Notes: generated by a model from the sequence alone, not told the origin. A DNA stretch of 56,872 nucleotides from Deltaproteobacteria bacterium (GCA_021737325.1 JAIPED010000003.1:1-56872); one strand, 5' to 3'; shown: positions 26,993-37,578, counted from the stretch's first letter. Numbers and translations: made by a program.

Positions 26993-28192
26993 GTGGGAAG
27001 CTTTGCTATCTTTGTTGTTGGTCTTGTTGTTGGTCTCATTATCGGTACGCTCGTTACGATGCTTTTTAAGGGAGTTACTTCACGGGAAAAGGAAGAGCTT
27101 GCCAGCAGGATGATAGAAGAAGCGAAGAGGTACCATAGCGAAGCTACCAGCGCTATCTTGGAACAGGCAAGAATGTCGTTTGGCTCGCTTTCCCGTAATG
27201 CACTCTTAGAAAATTCTGAAGAATTTCTTAGGCTTGCCAATTCGACGCTGGCAAAAGAGCGGAGCATGGGTGCGGGCGAATTGGAAGGTAAGAAAGCACT
27301 GATTGATGGGCAACTGGAATTGATGCGCAAGGAGCTCCAAAATGTAGCAACAATCGCCAGTGATTTGGAAAAAGATCGCGTGGAAAAATTCGCCCAACTC
27401 AGCAAGCAGATACAGATGACCAGCGATGTTACCAGCCAATTGGCGCAAACCACAGGAGCGTTGAAAGAAGCGCTTTCCTCATCACAAAAACGAGGGCAAT
27501 GGGGTGAGCGAATGGCGGAGGATATCTTCCGCACGGTGGGGCTTAAAGAGGGAATTAACTACACCAAACAAACCACCATTGAAGGAACGGGCAAGCGCCC
27601 CGATTTTACCTTTCTGCTGCCCGGCGGGGTTAAGATGCATATGGATGTCAAGTTTCCGTTGGATAACTATCTGCGGTTTTTGGAGACAAGCTCCCCTGCG
27701 GAAAAGGAAAAATATCGGCGCGATTTCCTCGCGGATGTGAAGATGAAAATAAAGGACATAGCCCGCCGTGAATATATCAACCCCGCCGAAGGAACGGTTG
27801 ATTGCGCCTTGTGCTTCATTCCCAACGAGCAGGTTTTTTCGTTTATTTATGAAACTGATGCGGGGATAACCATGGAGGCGATGCAAAGCAAGGTGGTCAT
27901 TTGCTCGCCAATAACCGTTTTTGCGGTACTTGCCCTAATCCGACAGGCGACGGAAAATTTTAATCTGAGTAAAACTACCGATGAGTTGCTGGGGCTATTA
28001 GGCGCATTCCGCAAGCAATGGGAGGAATTTGCCGCCAAGATGGATGGGCTGGGTAACGATATTAATAAATTGCAAAATAATTATGAGGCCTTGGTAACAA
28101 CGCGCCGTCGTGCCTTAGAAAGACCACTAAATAGAATAGAGAGCATCAGGGAGCAAAAAGGAGTGCTCGCGATTCCGAGCATCACAGAGTAG
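26993..28192 (+). CDS. rmuC: DNA recombination protein RmuC
   Basis: N-terminal TM, coiled coil, RGQWGE, RPDF, MDVKFP, FIPNE, CSP.T. Confidence 0.93.
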   Translation: MGSFAIFVVGLVVGLIIGTLVTMLFKGVTSREKEELASRMIEEAKRYHSEATSAILEQARMSFGSLSRNALLENSEEFLRLANSTLAKERSMGAGELEGKKALIDGQLELMRKELQNVATIASDLEKDRVEKFAQLSKQIQMTSDVTSQLAQTTGALKEALSSSQKRGQWGERMAEDIFRTVGLKEGINYTKQTTIEGTGKRPDFTFLLPGGVKMHMDVKFPLDNYLRFLETSSPAEKEKYRRDFLADVKMKIKDIARREYINPAEGTVDCALCFIPNEQVFSFIYETDAGITMEAMQSKVVICSPITVFAVLALIRQATENFNLSKTTDELLGLLGAFRKQWEEFAAKMDGLGNDINKLQNNYEALVTTRRRALERPLNRIESIREQKGVLAIPSITE

Positions 28193-28281
28193 ATAGTTGA
28201 CAGGTGCCACTGAAGGTGGCAGTGGCGGCACCGCCCTTCTTTTATTGTTAAGTAAGCTGGAAAAACGAACAAGTAACAAAC

Positions 28282-28358
28282 GCGCCCGTAGCTCAGTTGG
28301 ATAGAGTCGCAGACTTCGAATCTGTTGGTCGCACGTTCGAGTCGTGCCGGGCGCACCA
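28282..28358 (+). tRNA. tRNA-Arg(UCG)
   Basis: GCGCCCG/CGGGCGC acceptor stem, anticodon arm GCAGA-CTTCGAA-TCTGT, encoded CCA. Confidence 0.95.
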
Positions 28359-28469
28359 TAATTCTATACAAAATTGCACCTGACACAAGCTCCTCCCACC
28401 AAAATGTAGTGGAATAATTTTCCCCTTTCATATATCCCCCCGAGCCACTAATTTTAGGGATGGAACAGG

Positions 28470-29774
28470 ATGAGATTCGAAATTTCCAAAATCGGTAGCG
28501 GGCAAACCTATGAAATTCGCAACATTGTTGCGATAGCGCAAAAGTTAGAAAAACACGGGATAAAGGTTCATTACGAAAACATCGGCGATCCGGTTGCAAA
28601 GGGAGAGCCTCTGCCGGGATGGATGCGAGAAACCATCAAGAGTGTTTTGGCGAACGATTCGGCTTTTGCCTACTGCCATACCAAGGGAGTTACGGCAACT
28701 CGCGAGTATCTGGCGAAGAATAACAACAAGCGAGGAGGATGCCAGATAACGCCTGAAGACATCATTTTTTTTAACGGGTTAGGTGACGCCATTGCGCGTT
28801 GCTACAGCGCGTTACAAATAGATGCACGGGTTATCTTGCCAGAGCCGACATACACTACGCATTTTTTATCGGAGATACATCACGCTTCATTTCCGCCAAT
28901 AACCTACAAAATGCTCCATAATTCCTGTTGGCATCCCGATATTGCAGAAATGGAGAAAAAGGTAAAAAGCCATCCGAATATCGTGGGGATACTGGTAATC
29001 AATCCCGATAATCCCACGGGGTTCGTCTATCAAAAGAGCACCCTGGAACAAATTGTAAAAATCGCCAAGCGCCACAACCTCTTCCTTATCTTTGATGAAA
29101 CTTACATCAATATCGTTTATAACGACAAAAGCACAGCATTGCTATCCGATGTTGTCGGCGATGTGCCTGCCATCAGCATGAAGAGCATCTCGAAGGATTT
29201 TCCCTGGCCTGGAGCCCGTTGTGGTTGGTTGGAGATTTATAACGGCGACAAAGACCCCGCTTTTCAGCGCTACATTGATTTCATCTACCACCAAAAGATG
29301 TCTGAAGTTTGCTCCACAACCTTGCCACAGGTTAGCATCCCGTTGATAATGGAAAACCCCGAGTACAAAAATTATATGCGCGAACGGGTCGAGCATTACC
29401 AAAAGCTTTCTAATATCGCCTTCGACACGCTTAAAAGCAACAAGTATGTTATCGTGAACCGCACCAACGGTGCGTTTTACTTCACGGTAGTATTCAAAGA
29501 TATGTTGCTCAACAATAGACAAAGCCTAAAAATAGAAAACGGGGAAATAGAAAAATTAATCACATCGCTCTGCGGTGACAAGCTGGAGTTGGATAAGCGG
29601 TTTGTGTATAATTTACTTGGTGCCACAGGGATTTGTGTGGTGCCGCTTACTTCGTTTTCCACTTCTTTGCAGGGATTTAGAATGACGCTACTGGAAAAGG
29701 ACATTCCCACCTTTGAACGCATTGTGCGCTTAATCGGGGAGAAAATTACCGAGTATGTGGAATCGGCAGGTTAG
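28470..29774 (+). CDS. PLP-dependent class I/II aminotransferase (AlaA-like)
   Basis: ENIGDP, INPDNPTG, DETY, SISKDFPWPGARCGW. Confidence 0.9.
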   Translation: MRFEISKIGSGQTYEIRNIVAIAQKLEKHGIKVHYENIGDPVAKGEPLPGWMRETIKSVLANDSAFAYCHTKGVTATREYLAKNNNKRGGCQITPEDIIFFNGLGDAIARCYSALQIDARVILPEPTYTTHFLSEIHHASFPPITYKMLHNSCWHPDIAEMEKKVKSHPNIVGILVINPDNPTGFVYQKSTLEQIVKIAKRHNLFLIFDETYINIVYNDKSTALLSDVVGDVPAISMKSISKDFPWPGARCGWLEIYNGDKDPAFQRYIDFIYHQKMSEVCSTTLPQVSIPLIMENPEYKNYMRERVEHYQKLSNIAFDTLKSNKYVIVNRTNGAFYFTVVFKDMLLNNRQSLKIENGEIEKLITSLCGDKLELDKRFVYNLLGATGICVVPLTSFSTSLQGFRMTLLEKDIPTFERIVRLIGEKITEYVESAG

Positions 29775-29900
29775 GTTTTGTGCAAGAAACCGCGACGGGG
29801 CATCCTTGGTAATTTGTAAGGGACAGCGAGCGCTTAGTTCCTTGACAATGCCCACGCTTTGCTGTTACTCGTCGCCACCATTCAGAAAGGGTATTTCAGT

Positions 29901-29963
29901 ATGTTAGCAAAAAAAATAACCATTATCGGCATAATTATTAGCGGAGGTTTTCCGGCTAGGTAG
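29901..29963 (+). CDS. Ile-rich attenuator leader peptide MLAKKITIIGIIISGGFPAR
   Basis: 20 codons with 6 Ile and 1 Leu, preceded by AGAAAGG, immediately upstream of a terminator and ilvB. Confidence 0.85.
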   Translation: MLAKKITIIGIIISGGFPAR

Positions 29964-29982
29964 TGGTTTTCCTTTTATTTTT

Positions 29983-30021
29983 AACCGTTGCCAGTCGCAA
30001 AGCTGGCAACGGTTTTTTTTT
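29983..30021 (+). terminator. Attenuator terminator of the ilv operon
   Basis: AACCGTTGCCAG/CTGGCAACGGTT stem plus T run. GGTAGTGGTT (29959-29968) can pair with the 5' arm as an antiterminator. Confidence 0.88.
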
Positions 30022-30046
30022 GTAAAAATCTTCAAGGAGGTGAAAG

Positions 30047-31786
30047 GTGAAAATTTCGGGAGCGCAGATTTTATTCAAGGCGTTAGCGATGGAGGGGGTG
30101 GAAGTGATTTTTGGCTATCCCGGCGGAGCCGTAATCGGCATTTATGACGAGATGACGCGACAGAACATTCGTCATATCTTAGTGCGTCATGAGCAAGGGG
30201 CAATACATGCTGCCGATGGTTATGCGCGAGCTTCGGGCAAGGTTGGAGTTTGCCTCGCCACTTCTGGACCAGGGGCAACCAATACCGTAACGGGTATTGC
30301 TAATGCCTATCTGGATTCCATCCCTGTGGTAATTCTTACCGGACAGGTGCCAACAGCGCTGATAGGCACGGATGCATTTCAGGAGGTTGATATCACGGGG
30401 ATAACCCGCCCCTGTACCAAGCATAACTTTTTGGTGCGTAATGTCTCCGATGTGGGAAGGATTACGCGAGACGCTTTTGCCATCGCTCGTTCGGGGCGCC
30501 CAGGCCCTGTTTTGATAGATCTACCCAAAGATATCATGCAGATGGAGCTGGAAGAAGCGGATGTTAATTTTAACGGTGAGTATAACTGTGAAGAAGAACC
30601 CGTTGATCGTAGCCAAATTAACAGGGCTGTTGAAATGATAAGGGAAGCGCGAAAACCCGTTATCTTTTCTGGCGGCGGTGTTGTCATGGGCGGAGCATCT
30701 GCAGAATTACGCGAGTTGGCACGGATAACGGGTGCACCGGTAACTTCTTCGCTGATGGGATTGGGAGCATTTAACGCTTCCTCACCTCTTTGGATGGGAA
30801 TGCCTGGAATGCACGGAACCTACTGCGCGAACATGGCATTTAGCCATTGCGATTTGATTATCGGTGTGGGGGTGCGTTTTGATGACCGCGTAACCTCAAA
30901 GGTGGATCTCTTTGCGCCTAATGCCCGTATAATCCATATTGATATTGATCCCGTCTCAATTGATAAAATTATCAAGACAAGCCTTGCCATCGTGGCGGGG
31001 GCAAAAAGTGCCCTATCCGCCATCAATGCGGAGCTAGCTGAATATAGCCCCTCTTCCCATGTTTCCATTTGGCAGGAGCAGGTGCTAAAATGGAAGCGGG
31101 AAAAACCGCTCAGCTACAAAAAAAGCGAGGCAATTAAGCCACAGTTTGTGGTGGAAAAGCTCTACGAAGTTTCTCGGGGAGAAGCGATTATCGCTACCGA
31201 GGTCGGGCAGAATCAAATGTGGGGAGCGCAGTTTTACCATTACAAAAAGCCGAACACCTTTATTACCTCGGGTGGCCTAGGAACAATGGGATTTGGCTTA
31301 CCGGCGGCTATTGGAGCCCAGGTAGCGCGCCCTGATGCTATCGTTGTTGATCTTGCTGGTGACGGCAGCATTCAGATGAACATCCAGGAACTGGCAACGG
31401 CGGTACAGAACAACATCCCCGTGAAGATAGCAATCCTCAACAACAACTTCTTGGGAATGGTGCGCCAATGGCAGGAAATTTTTTATCAAAAACGCTATTC
31501 GCATACCGATTTGCTGGGCAACCCTGATTTCGTCAAGATTGCCGAAGCCTACGGTGCGAAGGGACTGAGGGCAAGCAAGGTCGAAGAGGTGGAGATGATT
31601 ATCAAAGAAGCATTTGCGACAGAAGGAGTGGTGGTGATGGAATTTATCGTGGATAGAGAAGAAGGGGTTTATCCGATGGTAAAGCCAGGATCTCCACTTA
31701 CCGATATGGACCTTGGTCCAATGGCTCCCGAGGAGGACAGCAGAGCGGAGATAGGCGACGATCCCTCGACACGCTCGTTTAATTAG
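30047..31786 (+). CDS. ilvB: Acetolactate synthase large subunit
   Basis: FGYPGGA, VRHEQGA, TSGPGATN, GDGSIQMN, GMVRQWQ. Confidence 0.97.
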   Translation: MKISGAQILFKALAMEGVEVIFGYPGGAVIGIYDEMTRQNIRHILVRHEQGAIHAADGYARASGKVGVCLATSGPGATNTVTGIANAYLDSIPVVILTGQVPTALIGTDAFQEVDITGITRPCTKHNFLVRNVSDVGRITRDAFAIARSGRPGPVLIDLPKDIMQMELEEADVNFNGEYNCEEEPVDRSQINRAVEMIREARKPVIFSGGGVVMGGASAELRELARITGAPVTSSLMGLGAFNASSPLWMGMPGMHGTYCANMAFSHCDLIIGVGVRFDDRVTSKVDLFAPNARIIHIDIDPVSIDKIIKTSLAIVAGAKSALSAINAELAEYSPSSHVSIWQEQVLKWKREKPLSYKKSEAIKPQFVVEKLYEVSRGEAIIATEVGQNQMWGAQFYHYKKPNTFITSGGLGTMGFGLPAAIGAQVARPDAIVVDLAGDGSIQMNIQELATAVQNNIPVKIAILNNNFLGMVRQWQEIFYQKRYSHTDLLGNPDFVKIAEAYGAKGLRASKVEEVEMIIKEAFATEGVVVMEFIVDREEGVYPMVKPGSPLTDMDLGPMAPEEDSRAEIGDDPSTRSFN

Positions 31787-31804
31787 CGGAAAGGAAAGAA
31801 AAAC

Positions 31805-32284
31805 ATGGACGAAAGAGAAAATGTCATTTCCATCTTGGTAAACAACAAACCCGATGTGCTTGCCCGAATCTCGGGAACACTTAGCGGGAGAGGTTTTAAT
31901 ATTGAGAGTATCTCCGCTAATATAACTAAAGACCCGAACAAAACAAAAATTATTCTTACTACGATTGGTAACAAAACAACCCTGGCGAAGATACTAAAAC
32001 AAATCGCCAAGCTTGTGGATATTATCACGGTGGAAGATTTAACGGGGAGAAAAGCGGTGCGTCGTGAAATGTTCTTGGTGCGGTTCAATTGGCAACTTGA
32101 GGGCAGAAAAGAAAAAATAGCCGCGCTGGTGGAAAAGAAAAAATGGAAACTGCTATGCGCCAACGATGATACCTGTATAGTAGAAATTACGGGAGAAAAC
32201 GGCTTGGCTGAGGTGATGGCGCTCACCGATTTGGGAATGGAAGACTTCACCCGAACGGGTGTTGTGGCTATCGAAAAGGCTTGA
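31805..32284 (+). CDS. ilvN: Acetolactate synthase small (ACT) subunit
   Basis: ISILVNNKPDVLARISGTLSGRGFNIESI, KQIAKLVD, RTG. Confidence 0.9.
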   Translation: MDERENVISILVNNKPDVLARISGTLSGRGFNIESISANITKDPNKTKIILTTIGNKTTLAKILKQIAKLVDIITVEDLTGRKAVRREMFLVRFNWQLEGRKEKIAALVEKKKWKLLCANDDTCIVEITGENGLAEVMALTDLGMEDFTRTGVVAIEKA

Positions 32285-32344
32285 AGAGAATGGCCGTAAA
32301 GGCACCATGCTGATGCTGCTCTATCTGAAGAAAGGAAAAGAAAA

Positions 32345-33400
32345 ATGGCGAAGATAAATTTTGGCGGGGTTGTTGAAGAGATTGTTACTGCGGAGGAGTT
32401 TACCCTTGCTAAGGCGCAAGAAACGCTTGCCCATGAGACCGTGGCGATCATTGGCTATGGTGTCCAAGGCCCCGGACAGGCCTTGAACCTCCGCGACAAT
32501 GGCATCAAAGTTATTGTAGGACAAAGGCAGGGGGGATATTCTTGGGATAAAGCCGTTGCCGATGGTTTTGTTCCTGGCGAAACGCTTTTTAGTATTGAGG
32601 ATGCCCTCCAGAGAGCGACAATTATCGCGTATTTGCTTTCCGACGCGGGGCAAAAAGAAATGTGGAACACCGTAAAACCGCTCTTGAAAAAAGGGGCTGC
32701 GCTCTATTTTTCACATGGGTTTTCCATTGTTTACCATGATCTCACGGGCGTTGTGCCGCCCGCGGATGTTGATGTTATTTTAGTTGCCCCTAAGGGCTCA
32801 GGAAGAACGGTACGAACAAATTTTCTCGCCGGTAGTGGGATTAACGCATCATATGCTGTGTATCAGGATGCCACAGGACGGGCACAAGAAAGGGTATTAG
32901 CGCTGGGGATTGCTATTGGTTCTGGGTATCTCTTCCCCACAACTTTCCCTAAGGAAGTTTACAGCGATTTGACGGGCGAGCGAGGTGTGCTGATGGGCTG
33001 CATCGCGGGGGTAATGGAAGCGCAATACGAAACGCTGCGCAAAAACGGACATTCCCCTAGCGAAGCCTTCAACGAAACGGTGGAGGAGCTAACACAGAGT
33101 CTAATTCGGCTCATTGCCGATAACGGAATGGATTGGATGTATGCCAACTGTAGCACGACCGCGCAAAGGGGTGCCCTTGATTGGAAGGGCAGGTTTCGCG
33201 CTGCTGTTGAGCCCGTTTTTGCCGAATTGTATGAAAAGGTTATCTCCGGCCATGAGGTTAAAATCGTTTTGGAGAGTAACTCCGCACCTGATTACCGTAA
33301 AAAATTAGACAAAGAATTAACCGCAATGAAGGACATGGAGATGTGGCAGGCCGGGCAAGCGGTGCGCGCCCTGCGTCCCGAGAATAGGAAAAAAGGGTAG
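32345..33400 (+). CDS. ilvC: Ketol-acid reductoisomerase (Bacteroidota/fungal-like type)
   Basis: IGYGVQGPGQALNLRDNG, FSHGF, VAPKGSG, SDLTGERG, CSTTAQRGALDW. Confidence 0.95.
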   Translation: MAKINFGGVVEEIVTAEEFTLAKAQETLAHETVAIIGYGVQGPGQALNLRDNGIKVIVGQRQGGYSWDKAVADGFVPGETLFSIEDALQRATIIAYLLSDAGQKEMWNTVKPLLKKGAALYFSHGFSIVYHDLTGVVPPADVDVILVAPKGSGRTVRTNFLAGSGINASYAVYQDATGRAQERVLALGIAIGSGYLFPTTFPKEVYSDLTGERGVLMGCIAGVMEAQYETLRKNGHSPSEAFNETVEELTQSLIRLIADNGMDWMYANCSTTAQRGALDWKGRFRAAVEPVFAELYEKVISGHEVKIVLESNSAPDYRKKLDKELTAMKDMEMWQAGQAVRALRPENRKKG

Positions 33401-33511
33401 CTTTGCCTTTGTCGGGAAGTTTCTTCTCCTCTGCGGGCTTTTGTCCGTTGAAATCACCAATACCGTATGTTAGCGGTACAAACCAGGCTTGATTATTAGC
33501 GAGGTGGAACG

Positions 33512-36091
33512 ATGGAAGAGCGATATAATCCCCAAGCGGTAGAAGAAAAGTGGCAAAAACGATGGGAACAGGAAGGCACTTTTACCTGCAACGAAGATGG
33601 TAAAAAACCCAAGTTTTACCTGCTGGAGATGTTTCCCTATCCTTCAGGAAGAATACACATGGGGCATGTGCGCAACTACTCCATCGGCGATGTCGTTGCA
33701 CGGCATAAAAAAATGCGTGGCTTTAATGTGCTACACCCCATGGGGTGGGATTCCTTCGGGATGCCCGCAGAAAATGCGGCGATTGAGAACAAAATCCATC
33801 CGGCGACATGGACCAGGACAAACATCGCCACGATGAAAAAGCAACTCCAGCGCATGGGCTTCAGCTACGATTGGCAGAGAGAAATTTCCACCTGTGAGCC
33901 GGAATACTACCGCTGGGAGCAACTTTTTTTCTTGTGGATGTTGAAAAAAGGGCTGGCGTATAAGAAAGAAGCACTAGTAAATTTTTGTGAATCCTGTCAA
34001 ACGGTGCTGGCAAATGAGCAGGTTGAGGGCGGCCTTTGCTGGCGGTGTCAGAAAGAAGTGAAGCAAAAACAGTTAGAGCAATGGTTCTTTCGTATTACCC
34101 AGTACGCGGAAGAGCTGTTAACCGACACGGACAAGCTAACTGGCTGGCCTGAAAAAGTCTTAACCCAACAGCGCAACTGGATTGGCAAAAGCGTTGGTTG
34201 CCATGTTTATTTTCCTATGGAGAATGGAACGGAAGCGCTAAGCGTTTTCACTACCAGACAGGATACCTTGTTTGGCGCCTCGTTCATGCTGATTGCTGCG
34301 GAACATCCACGAGTAACCGAAATTGCCAAGGGAAAAGATAACGAAGCTGAGGTTATCGCCTTTGTCAAAAAGGTGAAGAAGCAAGATAGGGTGCTTCGCA
34401 CCGCGGAGAATTATGAAAAAGAGGGAGTATTTTTAGGTTGCCACTGCATCAATCCCCTCACCGGCAAAAAAATGCCCATCTATGCCGCCAATTATGTCTT
34501 AGCCGATTATGGCACGGGTTGTGTCATGGCGGTTCCTACCCACGATCAACGCGATTTTGAATTTGCTAAAAAATATGAGTTGCCACTGATTGTGGTAATT
34601 CAACCCCCAGATAAGGCGCTAAACATCACCACGATGACGGAAGCCTACACCGAAGAGGGTGTTTTGGTTAATTCTGGGCAATTCAACGGCATGAAAAATA
34701 CGCAAGCAATGGAGATTATTGCTGATTATCTAGAGCAGGAGGGAAAAGGCAAGCGCGCCGTGCAATACCGACTCCGCGACTGGGGAATATCGCGCCAACG
34801 CTACTGGGGTGCGCCGATTCCGCTTATTTATTGCGATAAATGTGGAGTTGTTCCCGTTCGCGAGGAGGACTTGCCCGTTCTTCTGCCACAGGGCGTGCAG
34901 ATAACAGGGGAAGGAAAATCACCCCTCGCTACCCTGCCAGAGTTTGTCAATACAACCTGTCCGCAGTGCGGAGGGCCCGCAAAGCGAGAAACCGATACGA
35001 TGGACACCTTTGTAGAATCATCGTGGTATTTCAATCGTTTCTGCTCCCCGAAAGAGGAAAAAGCCCCAGGGCTCAACACGCAAAAGGTTCACTACTGGAT
35101 GCCCATAGACCAATACATCGGCGGGATTGAACATGCGATTATGCACCTGCTATATTCGCGATTTTATACCAAGGTCTTGCGTGATTTGGGGGTGCTGAAC
35201 TTTGCTGAACCCATTAGCAGGTTACTCACCCAAGGCATGGTTTGCAAGGAGAGCTTGACTTGCCCTGAGCATGGTTACCTCTATCCCAATCAGGTGGAAA
35301 ATTCTCGTTGTACCATCTGCGGGCGGGAGGTGGTGGTCGGCAAAACAGAAAAGATGTCCAAAACGAAGAAAAATGTCATTGATCCCGATACCCTGGTGCA
35401 GCTCTATGGCGCGGATACGGTGAGGGTTTTTTGCCTCTTTGCCGCCCCGCCCGAAAAAGATTTGGAATGGAGCGATCAAGGCATTGAAGGATCCTATCGT
35501 TTTCTTAACAGAGTTTGGCGCATTGTTATGGAACATCTTGACCTCATTGCGGACATTGAAAAATACCACGGTAATGAAGATTTACCCGAACCCCTACGCA
35601 ACCTAAGGAAAAAGACGCATCAGACGATTCGCAAAGTTTCCTCCGATTTGGAGGACAGGTTCCGCTTCAACACGGCTATCAGCGCCATAATGGAATTGGT
35701 CAATGCCCTCTATCTTCTGGAAAAGAGCCACGACACACTAACGCGACGGGTTGTTAGAGAGACCGTTGAAGCAATACTTTCCTTGTTGGCACCCATTGCG
35801 CCGCATATTGCCGAGGAACTTTGGGGGCGTATTGGTAACAAGGATATGCTTGTTACCAGTCAGTGGCCTGATTACGATAGAAATGTGGCTTCCGAAGAAG
35901 AGATAACGATAGTCATCCAAATCAATGGCAAGGTGCGCTCGCGCATTGCCGTCCCTGCAGACGAGAACGAAGAGAACATCAAGAAAACCGTGCATGAGGA
36001 TGAAAGGATCATCAGGGCACTAGCCGACAAGATTCTCGTTAAAGAGATTTATGTCCCCGGTAAGCTCCTAAACATCGTTGCGCGGGATTGA
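33512..36091 (+). CDS. leuS: Leucine--tRNA ligase
   Basis: [28 protein letters not shown]. Confidence 0.98.
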   Translation: MEERYNPQAVEEKWQKRWEQEGTFTCNEDGKKPKFYLLEMFPYPSGRIHMGHVRNYSIGDVVARHKKMRGFNVLHPMGWDSFGMPAENAAIENKIHPATWTRTNIATMKKQLQRMGFSYDWQREISTCEPEYYRWEQLFFLWMLKKGLAYKKEALVNFCESCQTVLANEQVEGGLCWRCQKEVKQKQLEQWFFRITQYAEELLTDTDKLTGWPEKVLTQQRNWIGKSVGCHVYFPMENGTEALSVFTTRQDTLFGASFMLIAAEHPRVTEIAKGKDNEAEVIAFVKKVKKQDRVLRTAENYEKEGVFLGCHCINPLTGKKMPIYAANYVLADYGTGCVMAVPTHDQRDFEFAKKYELPLIVVIQPPDKALNITTMTEAYTEEGVLVNSGQFNGMKNTQAMEIIADYLEQEGKGKRAVQYRLRDWGISRQRYWGAPIPLIYCDKCGVVPVREEDLPVLLPQGVQITGEGKSPLATLPEFVNTTCPQCGGPAKRETDTMDTFVESSWYFNRFCSPKEEKAPGLNTQKVHYWMPIDQYIGGIEHAIMHLLYSRFYTKVLRDLGVLNFAEPISRLLTQGMVCKESLTCPEHGYLYPNQVENSRCTICGREVVVGKTEKMSKTKKNVIDPDTLVQLYGADTVRVFCLFAAPPEKDLEWSDQGIEGSYRFLNRVWRIVMEHLDLIADIEKYHGNEDLPEPLRNLRKKTHQTIRKVSSDLEDRFRFNTAISAIMELVNALYLLEKSHDTLTRRVVRETVEAILSLLAPIAPHIAEELWGRIGNKDMLVTSQWPDYDRNVASEEEITIVIQINGKVRSRIAVPADENEENIKKTVHEDERIIRALADKILVKEIYVPGKLLNIVARD

Positions 36092-36621
36092 TGCAAATGA
36101 AGAGAATTTTTACGCTAATTATCTGCTTGGCAACCATTATCAACTCTTGCGGGTATGGCTTTTACGGCAGGGGGGCTACTATTCGTACTGATATTGTCAC
36201 TGTATTCGTCGAGAGTTGGGAAAACTTTTCCAACGAAGGTAATATTGAAGTCGGCATCCGTAACGGCCTGATAGATGCCATTGTTGCAGGCGGGGGCGCA
36301 CGGTTGGTATCCGATAAAAACTCCGCGGATGCCGTAATCACAGGAAAGGTGGAAAGCGTTACCATCGCTCCCCTATCTTTAACCTCCGCAAACATCGCCA
36401 CCCAAGCAAGAGTCACAATGGTAATCAGCGCCAGCCTATCGCGGCGGGATGATGGGACAACGATCTGGGAAACGCGGCAACTAGCGAAAAGCGGGGATTA
36501 TTCCGTCGCTTCTTCTAATGTTGGCACTGATTTTATGGGAGCGCAAAAACAAGAAGCGCTCACCAATCTTTGCAGAGATGTGAGCGCCCTTTTATATTCA
36601 CTTATGTTTTCAGGATTTTAA
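36091..36621 (+). CDS. lptE: LPS assembly lipoprotein LptE-like
   Basis: Signal peptide with CGYGF; canonical position after leuS. Confidence 0.8.
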   Translation: MQMKRIFTLIICLATIINSCGYGFYGRGATIRTDIVTVFVESWENFSNEGNIEVGIRNGLIDAIVAGGGARLVSDKNSADAVITGKVESVTIAPLSLTSANIATQARVTMVISASLSRRDDGTTIWETRQLAKSGDYSVASSNVGTDFMGAQKQEALTNLCRDVSALLYSLMFSGF

Positions 36622-36905
36622 GCAAGTTTGTTGATTTTCTTGGCCATGCGGGAAATCCTACGAGCAGCGTTCTTTTTGTGCAACACTCCCCCCGCCACCG
36701 CTTTTTGCAATGCAGGAGCGGCAATGGCAAATAACATTATGGCGCCTTCCTTATCCGATTGCATAACAGCCTTGACAACCTTCTTCACCGCTGTTTTAGC
36801 ACCGCTATTTATTGAAGAATTTCTCTTGCGACGAGCTTCATTCTGAATGCTTCTTTTTCTCGCCGATTTATGTCTCGCCGATTTTTTTTCCTCTACCTTT
36901 GCCAA
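36618..36905 (-). CDS. rpsT: 30S ribosomal protein S20
   Basis: HKSARKRSIQNEARRKRN, LHKKNAARRISR. Confidence 0.95.
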   Translation of the reverse strand: MAKVEEKKSARHKSARKRSIQNEARRKRNSSINSGAKTAVKKVVKAVMQSDKEGAIMLFAIAAPALQKAVAGGVLHKKNAARRISRMAKKINKLA

Positions 36906-36941
36906 GATACCCCAACCTCCGTTTTATTTTCCGATTGTCGG

Positions 36942-36970
36942 CGGCTACATAAGAACATAACCCCTGTCAA
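36942..36970 (-). promoter_or_regulatory. Probable sigma70 promoter for rpsT
   Basis: TTGACA-N17-TAGCCG on the minus strand. Confidence 0.45.
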
Positions 36971-37265
36971 GGCGAAAATCCCTCAATGAAGTAGCATCGG
37001 CAATCAGACTTTTGGGGATTTTGGATAAGTTGGCACGACTTGCGAACATAAATCTCCATTATAGCACACTTGCAAGACTTCCATTTGAAGCCGCACCAGC
37101 AACTATAAAGACCGCAAGGTCAAATACAAATTTGAGCCCCACCAGCATCGTGTTGATGGCTATCTCGTGGCGAATAGGTGATGCAATGGAACGGGAAATC
37201 ATTACAAAATATTCTGGATGCGTTTTTTGTTGCATTTTGTTTTTTGCGGTTGCTCGCTTTCGTGT

Positions 37266-37361
37266 AAATCAAGATGTACCTAAAATATCTCGATTATTTC
37301 ATAAAACATGTAAGTTTCTTCGTTCGTTACTGCTTGAATGAATAGGTTGTGCGGGGGGCTT
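37266..37361 (+). mobile_element. MITE-like element, copy 2 (right half, degenerate)
   Basis: AATCAAGATGTACC...GATTATTT...TTCGTTACTGCTTGAATGAATAGGTTGTGCGG aligns with copies 1 and 3. Confidence 0.65.
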
Positions 37362-37436
37362 CATACTTGAGTTTCCGCCAGAAATGCTCGCTGTAGATAT
37401 TGTCCGTTGCACGATTCAAGCCGTCCATGCAGAACA
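37361..37436 (-). pseudogene. IS3-family transposase integrase-core remnant
   Basis: FCMDGLNRATDNIYSEHFWRKLKYE resembles the IS3 motif SMDGKGR.xDN.xxERxWRSLKYE. Confidence 0.7.
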
Positions 37437-37578
37437 GCTTTACGAAAAATCCAAGCCAACCATCCCGCAAGCAAGATATTTTGACTTGGCTGTGGAAGAT
37501 GGCACATTTTTTCTTGACAATGATAATTGAAGCACATAGAGCCACGCCTCTAAAATTACAGTGGAAGTGAAAGATATC

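Noticed and set aside
28200-28245. GCCACTG-containing GC-rich stretch (also near 11745) as a cobalamin riboswitch
   Set aside because: The other conserved B12-box elements are not visible and the downstream genes are unrelated.
37030-37046. TGGCACGACTTGC as a sigma54 promoter
   Set aside because: The GG-to-GC spacing is two bases short of the strict -24/-12 geometry.
37012-37341. 109-aa ORF between rpsT and rplM
   Set aside because: TTG start, no recognisable family, and it runs through the degenerate MITE copy.
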